DNA of 63,976 bases, filler included, from Sandaracinaceae bacterium (lineage in GTDB: Bacteria > Myxococcota_A > Polyangia > Polyangiales > JADJQN01), in the NCBI GenBank assembly GCA_947483975.1. It is 3 parts of 3 records of this genome, joined end to end, with 100 filler letters (N's around TTAATTAATTAA, not from the genome) between each part and the next. Parts side by side here need not be neighbours in the genome. Positions count along the whole stretch, not along the records: positions 24,233 to 48,224 come from CANKOL010000038.1; 2 more parts are not named here. The stretch is one strand, 5' to 3'. Shown piece by piece: positions 27,974 to 36,984 of the stretch. Position 1 is the first letter of the stretch. Each line of letters starts with the position of its first letter. The translations under genes and the position numbers were made by a program. The notes below the pieces were generated by a model. It saw only the letters and a program-made list of their open reading frames with translations. It made no database searches and was not told the origin of the DNA.

Positions 27974-29362
27974 GTGCTTCGCCCTTCGTCCGAGTACGCT
28001 CGTGCGCTCGTCGCGCTGCTCGCAGGCGTGCTCGCGTGCGGAGTGAGTGCGCGCGCCGCGGCGCAGGAGTCCGGCGGGAGCTTCGGTGGCTCGCACTTCG
28101 GCGGCGGTGGTGGTGGTGGTGGTGGTGGTGGCTCGAGCTTCGGTGGAGGCGGCTCGAGCCATCACGAGTCGTCCTTCGGTGGCGGAGGCTCGAGCTACCA
28201 CAGCTCGTCGAGCAGCCACGACGACAGCGCCGCGCGGCGCGAGCGCGAGCAGCGCGAGCGCGAGCAGCGCGCAGAGGAAGAGCGGCGGCGCGAGGAGGAG
28301 CGCGCGGCGGCTCAGCGCAGGCGTGACGAGGAGCGTCGCCTCGCCGAGGAGGCTGCGCGGCGCGAGGCCGAGGAGGTCGCGCGCGTGCTCGCGCTCCCGC
28401 CGGCGGCCCGCGTGCGCGAGGTGAGGTGGAGTGAGGACGACGGGCGCCCGCTCGACGGCTCGCTCTCCACGTCGTGGTCGCCGCCATCCGCGCCGGTGGT
28501 GCACAGAGCGTGGACAGTACAGGGCCGCGCGGCTGACCCGCGCTCGAGCGCGCCCAGCTCTCTCCGAGGCCCCCCGAACCTGCGCCTGGGGGCCGTGGGT
28601 GGCGGCGTCGCGTTCGTCTTCATGCTCGGGCTGCTCTCCTTCGGTGGAGCCTTCTCGCGACGGCTGCCCGACCCGGATGCGCTCGATGGTTTTGCGGCGG
28701 CCGAGCCGCTCGCCGAGGTGCGGCGCGTCTCGCTCGCCCTCGACTGGACGGCTCGGCGCGCACTTCAGCGCGACCTCGCCACCCTGGCGAAGTCCGTGCA
28801 GACGAGCTCCCGCGGCGGGCTCGCGAGCGCGCTCGCCGCGACGCGGGGACTCCTCGAGAGCCACGCGGGCGCGGTGCGCTATGCCGGCTGGCAGCGCGCC
28901 GCCGCGGTGGGCGCGAGCCGCGCCGAGGCGGTGTTCAACGATCACGTCGTCAACTTCCGCGCGCGCTATCGGGTCGAGGCCGTGCGAAACGCGACCGTCG
29001 GCGCCACGCCGGAGCTGCGCGGCCGGGCGAACGAGGGCGAGGGGCTCGTCGTCGTCTCGATCATCGTGGCGGCCGCGCACGAGCTGCCGGCGCTGCCGGC
29101 GGTGGACGCACCCGAAGCCATCCTCGCCGCGCTCCGTTCGCTCGCGCTCGGCAGACCCGACGACCTCTGGGCGCTCGAGGTCATCTGGTCCCCTGCGGCG
29201 GAGAACGACCGCCTCTCCTCGGCCGAGCTCGAGGTGCTCTATCCGGAGCTCGCGCGCACCGATGGTCGAGGCGACGTCGGTCGCCTCGCGTGCCGCTACT
29301 GCTCGGCGACATATCCCGCCGAGCTCGGCGCTTGCCCCGCGTGCGGCGCGCCGCGCGCCTGA
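27974..29362 (+). CDS. DUF1517 domain-containing protein
   Basis: SGGSFGG Gly-rich N-terminus, TM helix, VVVSIIVAA, ALEVIWSP...DRLSSAELEVLYPEL, C-terminal Zn ribbon. Confidence 0.85.
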   Translation: MLRPSSEYARALVALLAGVLACGVSARAAAQESGGSFGGSHFGGGGGGGGGGGSSFGGGGSSHHESSFGGGGSSYHSSSSSHDDSAARREREQREREQRAEEERRREEERAAAQRRRDEERRLAEEAARREAEEVARVLALPPAARVREVRWSEDDGRPLDGSLSTSWSPPSAPVVHRAWTVQGRAADPRSSAPSSLRGPPNLRLGAVGGGVAFVFMLGLLSFGGAFSRRLPDPDALDGFAAAEPLAEVRRVSLALDWTARRALQRDLATLAKSVQTSSRGGLASALAATRGLLESHAGAVRYAGWQRAAAVGASRAEAVFNDHVVNFRARYRVEAVRNATVGATPELRGRANEGEGLVVVSIIVAAAHELPALPAVDAPEAILAALRSLALGRPDDLWALEVIWSPAAENDRLSSAELEVLYPELARTDGRGDVGRLACRYCSATYPAELGACPACGAPRA

Positions 29363-29475
29363 GGCGCTCGCGCCACGCTCGGGAGGGCTCCTCGGCGAAA
29401 ACGACGATCAAGCTCGCTGTGCGCTTGGCAGGCTGCAGCCACCACGGCGGCTCGGAGGCGCGCGTCGCGCTCGGC

Positions 29476-29750
29476 CTACTTCGTCGCGGCCGGAGCCTGC
29501 GCAGTCTCGAGCACGCGCATCATCTCCTCGAGGTCCGCGTGCATCTCGTCGAACGCCACCGCGATGCGGTAGGGCCAGAGCCCCGAGCTCTCCGTGTTGG
29601 GCTCGCAGCGCACGATGTGTCCGGTGACCGTCTGAGTCGGGACGACGTTGGCGACCCGGAACGTCACGGTGATCGAGCCGCCGACGGCCAAGCGGCTCGC
29701 TGCGACCATCAGCATCCCAGTGTCGCTCACGTTGCGACTGACCGCGACGC
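29476..29750 (-). pseudogene. PilZ-domain protein, 5'-truncated
   Basis: RNVSDTGML (D/NxSxxG) ...VTGHIVR...IAVAFD; RxxxR start missing next to an IS91 fragment. Confidence 0.65.
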
Positions 29751-29790
29751 AGGCGCACGCCCAGCCGCGACGCACGCACGCTCACCTCTG

Positions 29791-29877
29791 CGAGCGCGCG
29801 CTCGCAGAGTATGGTGGCGTGAACGTGCACGCGGAGGTCGCGATCGACGGCCGCGATCGGCAGCGACTCGAGCACGT
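29791..29877 (+). mobile_element. IS91-family transposase internal fragment (copy E)
   Basis: ERALAEYGGVNVHAEVAIDGRDRQRLEHV. Confidence 0.8.
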
Positions 29878-30579
29878 TCGTATCCGCTGCACGACGCGGT
29901 ATAGCGGCGCGGCGCTCGGCGAGGCCATCCTACGAGCGTGAGTCCGACCTCTTCAGCGCGGAGTCTACTGCTCGGTCGCGCTGGCCGTGATCGGCGGCGG
30001 GACGGTGAGTGGCAGCGTCTCGCTGTCGAGCTGGGCGGCGTCGAGGCGCGCGCCGTGGGGAGCGTCGAGGACGCGTTGGGCGGCACGCCTGGAGGTGCAC
30101 GGCGTCGCGCTGCGCCGCGACCTCGGGCGACGAAGGCGCGTTGTATTGAGTCCGTGCCCGACCTCCTAGACCGCTCGTGCCCCGGCCATTCCTGGCGCAG
30201 GCTCGTGGTGCCCCAGCCTCGTCGGCGCCGCGCAAAGCTCGTGCGCGTGACTGCGCGCGTGCCGACCGAGCCCGAGCTCGCTGAGCGCGACGGCGAGCCA
30301 TCGCCACAGTGCGCGCCTCGAGACCCCACAGCCGGCGCCAGCGCGCCCGCTGAGCTCAGCGCGCCGAGCGACGAGCACGACGGCCACATCGACGTGCTCT
30401 ACGCCGCCGACACCGCGGCGCCCGACGAGCCAAGAATCTCCCCCCTGTGCTCACCGTTCATCAGGTCCGGCGTGTTTTGCGTCACTTCGGCAAGCCCACC
30501 GACCCGCCACCGCTCGCCAAAGCCCGCGACCCCGCCGACCACTGCGCCGCGTAGCCCGCCGTGGCCGCACACCCCTCGT

Positions 30580-30960
30580 TGACTCCACGGACCGCTCCGC
30601 GGCGCGTACGGCTGCACCGCTCTGCCTTTCGCACGCGGAAACGCCCAGTTCTGCGAACACGCGTGCCACCGCGTTCTCTCGCAGGCCGCTCTCGGACCCA
30701 TTGAGGGCCGCAATCACCGCGGGCACCTGGCTGGGGTCACCGCGTTGTGCGAGGGCGATCGCGGCATAGAGGCGCGCTTGGGCGTCCAGCGTTCGGCTCT
30801 CCGCCAGACGGCGCAGCGCGGCGTTGAGCTCACTGCTCTTGGGCGCCGTCGGGCGCACGTTCACCGTCTCCATGATGACCGTGCGCAGGTCATCGCCGGT
30901 GGGCGCGAGGAACCGGGTAACGTGCTCGACACCCGTGGCGCCTCCACTCGCGAGGCGCCG
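30580..30960 (-). pseudogene. Fragment of a helical (HEAT-like) repeat protein
   Basis: ARLYAAIALAQRGDPSQVPAVIAAL...LRENAV; no convincing start. Confidence 0.4.
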
Positions 30961-31124
30961 CGCGGTGATGATCATGGACGACGTGCGAGCGCCGCTCGTC
31001 GAGCTCATTTGAGGGCGAGGCGACGTCGTCGACGAAGCACACCGCGCGAGAGACGAGCGCCACGTCGCGGGCGACGGTCGATCGCGAGGAACACCGCACG
31101 CAAATCGAACAACGCGCGCCGCGC

Positions 31125-31853
31125 TCAGGGCCGAGCGACGCAGCCGCCTGCACAGCCCGGCGATCCGGGGGCACAGCTCGGTTCGCACTGATACGCGCAG
31201 CCGGGGATGCCACACGGATAGCAGCAGGACATACCCGCGCCGCAGGCCGTGGCGCTCGCAGGATCACAGCCGCTCGGACCGTCGGGCACGCACGCGCCAG
31301 TGGCGTCGTCGCAGTGCGTGCCTGACCCGCAGAGCACGCCGAGGCAGAGGGCAGAGCCCGCGTCTGTCGCACCGGCATCCGGTACGGCGGCGTCCGGCAT
31401 CCCTGCGTCCATTCGAGGGTCCGGCAGGCAGCAGATCGAGAAACTCGGCTCGAAGCCGGTGTTGTCGACGGCGCACGCTAGTCGGGTGAGGTCCAGACCC
31501 GGCCCGACCCACGTCTGGGTTCCCGCGAAGTCGACCAGTTCGCCAGCCGGGCACATCGCCGTGTAGCCGAAGGCCCCGGGGTACGCGGCGACGACCGTGC
31601 CGGGGCACGCATCACACACCGTGGCGACGGCCGCATCCGGGCACACGATCGCGCCGCAACTCGTGCAGGGGTCCCCGCCCTCGTAGCGACAGCCCATCGG
31701 CGGGGCAGCGCACTCGACGATCACGCAGCCATCGACGTTCGCATCCGCGACGCCGCCATCGTCGACCGCGATCGGTGTGTCGGGCTCACACGCTTGCAGC
31801 AAGACGCCGAGCGACACCGCAGAGATCAGAAGCCAAGTGGTTTGAAATCGCAT
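31125..31853 (-). CDS. Cysteine-rich lipoprotein
   Basis: GGGAG RBS; LLQAC lipobox; CCYPCGIPGC motif. Confidence 0.8.
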   Translation of the reverse strand: MRFQTTWLLISAVSLGVLLQACEPDTPIAVDDGGVADANVDGCVIVECAAPPMGCRYEGGDPCTSCGAIVCPDAAVATVCDACPGTVVAAYPGAFGYTAMCPAGELVDFAGTQTWVGPGLDLTRLACAVDNTGFEPSFSICCLPDPRMDAGMPDAAVPDAGATDAGSALCLGVLCGSGTHCDDATGACVPDGPSGCDPASATACGAGMSCCYPCGIPGCAYQCEPSCAPGSPGCAGGCVARP

Positions 31854-31874
31854 GTTCGAGTCTCCCATGAGCGG

Positions 31875-32155
31875 GCGCGTAAGACATCCGAACGCCCCCC
31901 GCGTCGCTTCTCCATATTCCAGGCTCAGCTCCATGCACCGATGAAATTTATGCGAGGGTGCCCCGAAGCACAATCTCGGCGTCGATGCGGGTCCTCCGGG
32001 CGGCCCTCTGCGACGGGGAAACCGTCACTTTCGACCGCTCTTCACGCGCAGAACGCACGCCTCCCTCGCCGCGCTCTACGCAGTCGCTCAGCTCGTCGAG
32101 CTCACTTGAAGGCGAGGCGCCGCTGTCCGTGGGCGAGCCGCGGCACCTCGGCGCG
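31875..32155 (-). mobile_element. IS91-family oriIS-like end with last transposase codons (copy C)
   Basis: AHGQRRLAFK* then ~230 nt homologous to 15991-16217, ending GGGCGTTCGGATGTCTTACGCGC. Confidence 0.88.
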
Positions 32156-32216
32156 AAGCAACTCACGCGGAGGAAGCCAACGGAGGGGCTATGCCATCCT
32201 CGCTCATGCCTGACCG

Positions 32217-32363
32217 GGGTCCTGCTCGTCGCGTTCTCCTGTCACAAGCGCTGCATCTGCCCGAGTTGCGGCGTGCGGCGCATGGACGAAGTCGGCGCCG
32301 CGCTCGTGGATCGCGTGCTGCCCGACGTGCCCATCAGGCAGTGGGTCCTGAGCCTGCCCCTCT
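32217..32363 (+). mobile_element. IS91 transposase zinc-binding domain fragment (copy F)
   Basis: LLVAFSCHKRCICPSCGVRRM....LVDRVLPDVPIRQWVLSLP. Confidence 0.85.
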
Positions 32364-32468
32364 CGCCGGCCTGCGCCGCGCGTGACCGGGGCGAGAGAAC
32401 AGCGCGGGAGCGCCTTGCGCAGACGAGCGCCCTACACCGCGGGGCCCTCCCCAGGCTACAGTCGGGTC

Positions 32469-33038
32469 ATGCCCGGCGACGCAGGCCTCAAGCGCGCGAC
32501 CTACGCGGACGTGCTCTCGCAGCCCGAGACGGTGGTCGCGGAGGTCGTGCATGGCGTGCTCCACACGCTGCCGCGTCCTCGACTGCGGCACGCTGCGGCC
32601 GCCTCGGTCCTCGGCGAGGAGCTCGGCCCGCCCTTCAAGCGTGGGCGCGGCGGGCCCGGCGGCTGGGTCATCCTCGATGAGCCCGAGCTGCACCTCGGCA
32701 GCGAGCCGGCCATCCTCGTCCCCGACCTCGCGGGCTGGCGGCGTGAGCGCATGCCGGAGATGCCGGACGCCCCCTACGCGACGCTCGCGCCCGATTGGAT
32801 CTGCGAGGTGCTCTCGCCGAGCACCGAGGGCTTCGACCGCGCGGAGAAGCTCCCCATCTATGCCCGCGAGGGCGTCAAGCACGTGTGGCTCCTCGACCCC
32901 GACGTCAGGACGCTCGAGGTGCTGCGCCTCGACGGCGAGACCTACCGCCTGATCCACACCTGGCGCGGGGACGCGGTGGTCCGCGCCGAGCCCTTCGACG
33001 CGATCGAGCTCGAGCTCGCGACCCTCTGGGCACGGTAG
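32469..33038 (+). CDS. Uma2-family (DUF820) endonuclease
   Basis: RATYADV, GGPGGWVILDEPELHL, VPDLAGWRRERM, PDWICEVLSPST, KLPIYAREGVKHVWLLDP. Confidence 0.93.
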   Translation: MPGDAGLKRATYADVLSQPETVVAEVVHGVLHTLPRPRLRHAAAASVLGEELGPPFKRGRGGPGGWVILDEPELHLGSEPAILVPDLAGWRRERMPEMPDAPYATLAPDWICEVLSPSTEGFDRAEKLPIYAREGVKHVWLLDPDVRTLEVLRLDGETYRLIHTWRGDAVVRAEPFDAIELELATLWAR

Positions 33039-33096
33039 CCATCGGCGAGCCGCTCACTCGAGTAGCACGCGTTCGGGGCGAGCGCGTCGAGCATGT

Positions 33097-33174
33097 TCAC
33101 TGTGCTTCATGCACGCCCCCCGCGCGCGCCTTCGTCGCGTCCCACTCGAAGTCCCCCTCGATGACCGTCGCCAC
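33097..33174 (-). pseudogene. BrnT-family toxin 5' remnant
   Basis: (M)ATVIEGDFEWDATKARA then diverges; FEWDxxKA is the BrnT start motif. Confidence 0.6.
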
Positions 33175-33403
33175 ACACGAAGCCCGACACGAACCGCGTG
33201 CGGACGGCCGGTTGGGAAGCGCCTCCATCAGCGACGACCGAGTGACGAGCGCAGCACCCGTGCGCTCGACGCGCGACACCCGCCCAGCTCGCCTGAACAG
33301 CGCTGCGCAGAACGTCGCGAGTGGAGGCGCCACGGGTGGCGAGCACGTCACCCGGCCGGCGCGGTCACGCAGGGCGTTTCGCAGACGCCGAGCGGGTCCG
33401 CGC

Positions 33404-33598
33404 TCACTCCGCCGCGGTCGGCTTCTTCGCCGGCAGCATGGGGCGGATCGCCTTGATGCCCTTGGCCGTCGTCTCGGCGACGCGCAGGTCGTACAGCTGC
33501 TGGAGGTTGAGCCAGGAGTCCGGCGTCGAGCCGAAGGCGCGCGCGAGGCGCAGCGCCGTGTCGGGCGTCACGCCGCGCTTGCCCGCGAAGATGCCCAT
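33404..33598 (-). pseudogene. HigA-family antitoxin C-terminal remnant
   Basis: GKRGVTPDTALRLARAFGSTPDSWLNLQQLYDL; HTH start missing. Confidence 0.8.
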
Positions 33599-33736
33599 GG
33601 ACGTGCCGCCGACACGAGCAGGTGTTGAGCGCCGCGGTGAACCGCGTGGCGCACCTTCATCTACTCGTGACGCAGGACTTGGGTGCGAGTAGCGTGGCGG
33701 CTTGCGGTCGGCGCGTGCTGACCTCGGAGGCTCGCC

Positions 33737-34069
33737 ATGTTCTTCCTTTCTCCTTCATTGGCACGTCGTTCGTTGTTCGTACTCTTGCTTGCCGCAGCGG
33801 CCGCACCGCTGAGCGGCTGCCACTTCGCGGATGGAGATTGCGCGCCAGCGTGGCCCGGTGGGCGGACGATGCACTTCGTGATCTCGGAAGCTCGCGCCGC
33901 AGAGATCGTCGCGGGTGAAGCCGACGGGGGCACCCGTCCGACGTGCCGCGACGAGTGCTACACGGTGGTGCCGCCGGGCGGGGCATCGCTGGGCGGATGC
34001 AGCCTCGATGGCTCCGCGGATGGCGGCGTAGGGCTGACGTGCGTCTTCTGGGCGCCGGCGTGCGTCTGA
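33737..34069 (+). CDS. Small Cys-containing lipoprotein
   Basis: GGAGG RBS; LSGC lipobox. Confidence 0.65.
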   Translation: MFFLSPSLARRSLFVLLLAAAAAPLSGCHFADGDCAPAWPGGRTMHFVISEARAAEIVAGEADGGTRPTCRDECYTVVPPGGASLGGCSLDGSADGGVGLTCVFWAPACV

Positions 34070-34316
34070 GTCTTCGTGATTGTGCTCGCCAACCCCGGCC
34101 CCGACTGCTGCCGCGTGGGTGGTTGAGAACGCCTACGCGCCGCCGACATCCGGCGGCGGTGCGGGACACGGCCCCGAGGGCGCGGGCACGGCGCTCCACG
34201 AGCGGCGCTGCTGCCAACCGCGCGTCGAGGCTGCGCCGAAGCTCGGCGACGACCGCGTCTGCCCAACGCGGCGAGAGCTAGCGCGGCCCGCGAAGCTCAG
34301 CGTAGGCTTGCTCGCC

Positions 34317-34763
34317 ATGACGCCCTCCACGCTCCGTGCCTCGTATGCCTCCGTCGTGCTCGCCGCCTGCCTCTCCGCGTGTGGAGGCGCCGACGCCCCG
34401 AGCGCCGCGGGGAGCGACGCCGCGAGCGGCGAGACGACCGAGAGCGCGGGCGGCGAGGCGACCGTCGTCGGCGAGGTCGCGCCGTCGCACGGCGGCGCGC
34501 TCTGGGGGGTCTACGTCGTCGTCGCCGCGCCGGGCGCGCCGGAGCTAGAGGCGGCCGCCGCGCCGCTGCGTGAGCGCGGCATCCTCGTGTCGGTGGGCGA
34601 GCTCTCGTGTGATGCGGGCGCGACCGAGGCGCTCGGCGCCGACGCCGAGGCGCACGGAGTGTCGGTGATGTTCGCGACGCGCGAGGCGGCAGAGCGCTTC
34701 GCGCAGACGCTCTCGACGCCCCCCGCCGGCATCGCGCAGGTCACGGTCGGCTGCGCCGACTGA
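34317..34763 (+). CDS. Hypothetical lipoprotein
   Basis: LSAC lipobox; typical codon usage. Confidence 0.7.
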   Translation: MTPSTLRASYASVVLAACLSACGGADAPSAAGSDAASGETTESAGGEATVVGEVAPSHGGALWGVYVVVAAPGAPELEAAAAPLRERGILVSVGELSCDAGATEALGADAEAHGVSVMFATREAAERFAQTLSTPPAGIAQVTVGCAD

Positions 34764-34852
34764 CGGCTGCGCGGACTAAGAAGGGCGCCGACTGACGGCT
34801 GCGCAGGCTGCGGGCTGCGCCGGCTACGGGCTGCGCAGACTGACGGCTGCGC
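34758..34852. repeat. Short repeats GACTGACGGCTGCGC (three full, several partial)
   Basis: Direct reading. Confidence 0.7.
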
Positions 34853-34895
34853 CGTGTGCCGACGGGACCAGCCGCGCCACCAAGAACGCTCCTGA

Positions 34896-35016
34896 GGGTC
34901 CCGGGACCCCATCGGTCGTTTTCAAAAACCGCTCGGGGGGTGCCGGGACCCCATCGGGCGTTTTCAAAAACCGCTCGCAGGGTCCCGGGACCCCATCGGG
35001 CGTTTTCAGAAATCGC
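34896..35016. repeat. Tandem repeat, 42-bp unit, ~3 copies
   Basis: Units start 34896, 34938, 34980; GGGTCCCGGGACCC palindrome plus TTTTCAAAAA tract. Confidence 0.9.
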
Positions 35017-35200
35017 GGGGCGCGTGCGGAGAGCCCGCGCGTCGATCGTGCGCGCGAGCGAGTCGGCTCACTGAGCCGCGCTGCGGATCTTCGCGGCAGC
35101 GGAGGCGGCTCTGAGCCTGGCCGGTCGCGTTGATGGCGGACCGGAGTGGAGTATTCGGCCCTTCCCTGCCCGACGCGCTCACCTTTCACGCCAAACCGCG

Positions 35201-35371
35201 CCGACCAAGGTTGAGGTCGGCAGAGGTCGGCACCGACCAAGGTTGAGGTCGGCACCGACCAAGGTTGAGGTCGGCAGAGGTGGCACCGACCAAGGTTGAG
35301 GTCGGCACCGACCAAGGTTGAGGTCGGCACCGACCAAGGTTGAGGTCGGCAGAGGTCGGCAGAGGTCGGCA
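35201..35371. repeat. Array of six 22-bp hairpin units plus 10-bp half units
   Basis: CCGACCAAGGTTGAGGTCGGCA at 35201, 35233, 35255, 35286, 35308, 35330. Confidence 0.95.
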
Positions 35372-35486
35372 AACGTCGTCGGAACGGCCGCGGTCACCGG
35401 CCGATGGGCGACGGAATCCCTCGTGGGCAGGAGCGGAGCGTCGGGACGGGAGCCGGGGGCGGGCCATCGGCTCGCGCGGCGTATCC

Positions 35487-36116
35487 CTAGTCCGCGGCCG
35501 CCTTGTGCCCCACGCCGACGACCCAGCGCCCGATCGTCTCGACCGTCACGTCGACGAGCGCGGCGCGCTCCATGACCTGACGCATCTCCGCTGGCCCAAA
35601 CGCGCGGTCATGCCCCTCGAGCCCGCGCACTGCCTTCTCGGAGGGGGCGATCGCGAGGTCGACGACGACCGCATGACCTCCCGGCTTCAGCGTGCGCGCG
35701 AGCTCCGCGCACGCGCGCTGCGGGTCGGAGAGGTGGTGCCACACGGCGACACTGACCGATCGGTCAAACGTGGCGTCCGGGAGGTCGAGCGCGAGGTTGT
35801 CCCCGAGCGCCACCGAGACCCGCTGCGCGAGCCCGCGCTTGGCCGCGAGGGTGCGCAGGCGCGCGAGCATCTCGGTGGACACGTCCACCGCGGTCACCCG
35901 GCCCGTCGTGAGGCGCTCGGCGACGAGCAGCGTGTGGAAGCCCGACCCGCAGCCGGCATCCAGGACCAGCTCGTCCCCGCGCAGCGCGAGCAGCTCGAGG
36001 ATCCGCTGGTCGGGCTTCCCCATCCTCCACTCCAGCACTCGCCGGAGCGGGCTGGTCAGGAACCAGGCGAAGAAGCGCCCCTTGAGTCCGGAGAATTCGG
36101 GCGTCGCGGCGCTCAT
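35487..36116 (-). CDS. Class I SAM-dependent methyltransferase
   Basis: VLDAGCGSG, VTAVDVS, LARTLKPGG. Confidence 0.92.
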   Translation of the reverse strand: MSAATPEFSGLKGRFFAWFLTSPLRRVLEWRMGKPDQRILELLALRGDELVLDAGCGSGFHTLLVAERLTTGRVTAVDVSTEMLARLRTLAAKRGLAQRVSVALGDNLALDLPDATFDRSVSVAVWHHLSDPQRACAELARTLKPGGHAVVVDLAIAPSEKAVRGLEGHDRAFGPAEMRQVMERAALVDVTVETIGRWVVGVGHKAAAD

Positions 36117-36329
36117 CGCGGCACCTCGCTCGACGCTCGGCCAGCCGGGCAGTCAGGCAAAGAAGCGCCGCGCGACGGCGACGAGCAGAGAGCGAGAACG
36201 TTCGAAGTAGTAGCTGAGCTGGTCATGCGTTCCTCGCGGTGGAGGCCTCTGCCGGGAGTGTCGCACGCGCCTACGCAGCGGTGAGTTCGAATGTGGAGGC
36301 GAGGTGCCGGAGCTTATCGACTCACGCGA

Positions 36330-36482
36330 TCAGATGGCCTTGAGTGGGCCCTTGCAGCTCGGGCACCACCCGTGGCCAGGGTTCTTCGAGCAATGCCCCT
36401 GCTGGCAGGTGATGGTGCCGCACTTCTGGCAGCGATAGAGGTTCCGGTGCTCTCTGCAACTGGGACACGTTCCTGAGCTCAT
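36330..36482 (-). CDS. 50-aa Cys-rich zinc-finger-like microprotein (not in ORF track)
   Basis: AGGAGA RBS; MSSGTCPSCREHRNLYRCQKCGTITCQQGHCSKNPGHGWCPSCKGPLKAI. Confidence 0.7.
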   Translation of the reverse strand: MSSGTCPSCREHRNLYRCQKCGTITCQQGHCSKNPGHGWCPSCKGPLKAI

Positions 36483-36984
36483 ATCGAGTTCTTCTCCTGG
36501 TTGTTGGGCAGACTTGATGATCTAGTCCAAGAAGGCTTCGGTGATGTGAGCAGCTCCGCAACCGACGAAATCGCGCAGCACTCGCCTCACGACGGGAACG
36601 ACGCTAGCCCCAGCGCGCGCGGTCCGTCAACTGTGGACCGTGTGTCAGAGCGAATGCGTGATTGCGAGTCGGTACCGCCCATGCCTGGAGTCGAGCGTGC
36701 AGACTACAGACGCTGACGCTCCTACGGCCCGTGCGCGCGCTGCGCCGAGAGGCGATGTGCTGCGACTGCCCCGCCGAGCGCGACCACGACACCATCGCTC
36801 GCCGCCTCGCTCGCTCGGCGCGCGCGGGAGCGCGGTCGACCCAGCAGCGAGGGCGGCGCGGGCGGGAGCGGCTGTGCGCCGCACCTCCGCTCGACCCAGG
36901 GCGACCGCACCACCATCCCGAGCACGCTCGTGCTCGTCTCGCTCTTCCGCGAGTCCTGGGCTGCGGCCGTCGCGAAGACGCCGC

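Noticed and set aside
27906..28487. Poly-His N-terminal extension of the 26313 ORF
   Set aside because: It is the antisense reading of the (GGT)n poly-Gly tract of the DUF1517 gene.
29938..30582. Protein-coding gene
   Set aside because: No convincing start, motif or codon pattern; looks like degraded mosaic sequence.
35201..35371. CRISPR array
   Set aside because: Units abut each other or are separated only by partial copies; there are no unique spacers.
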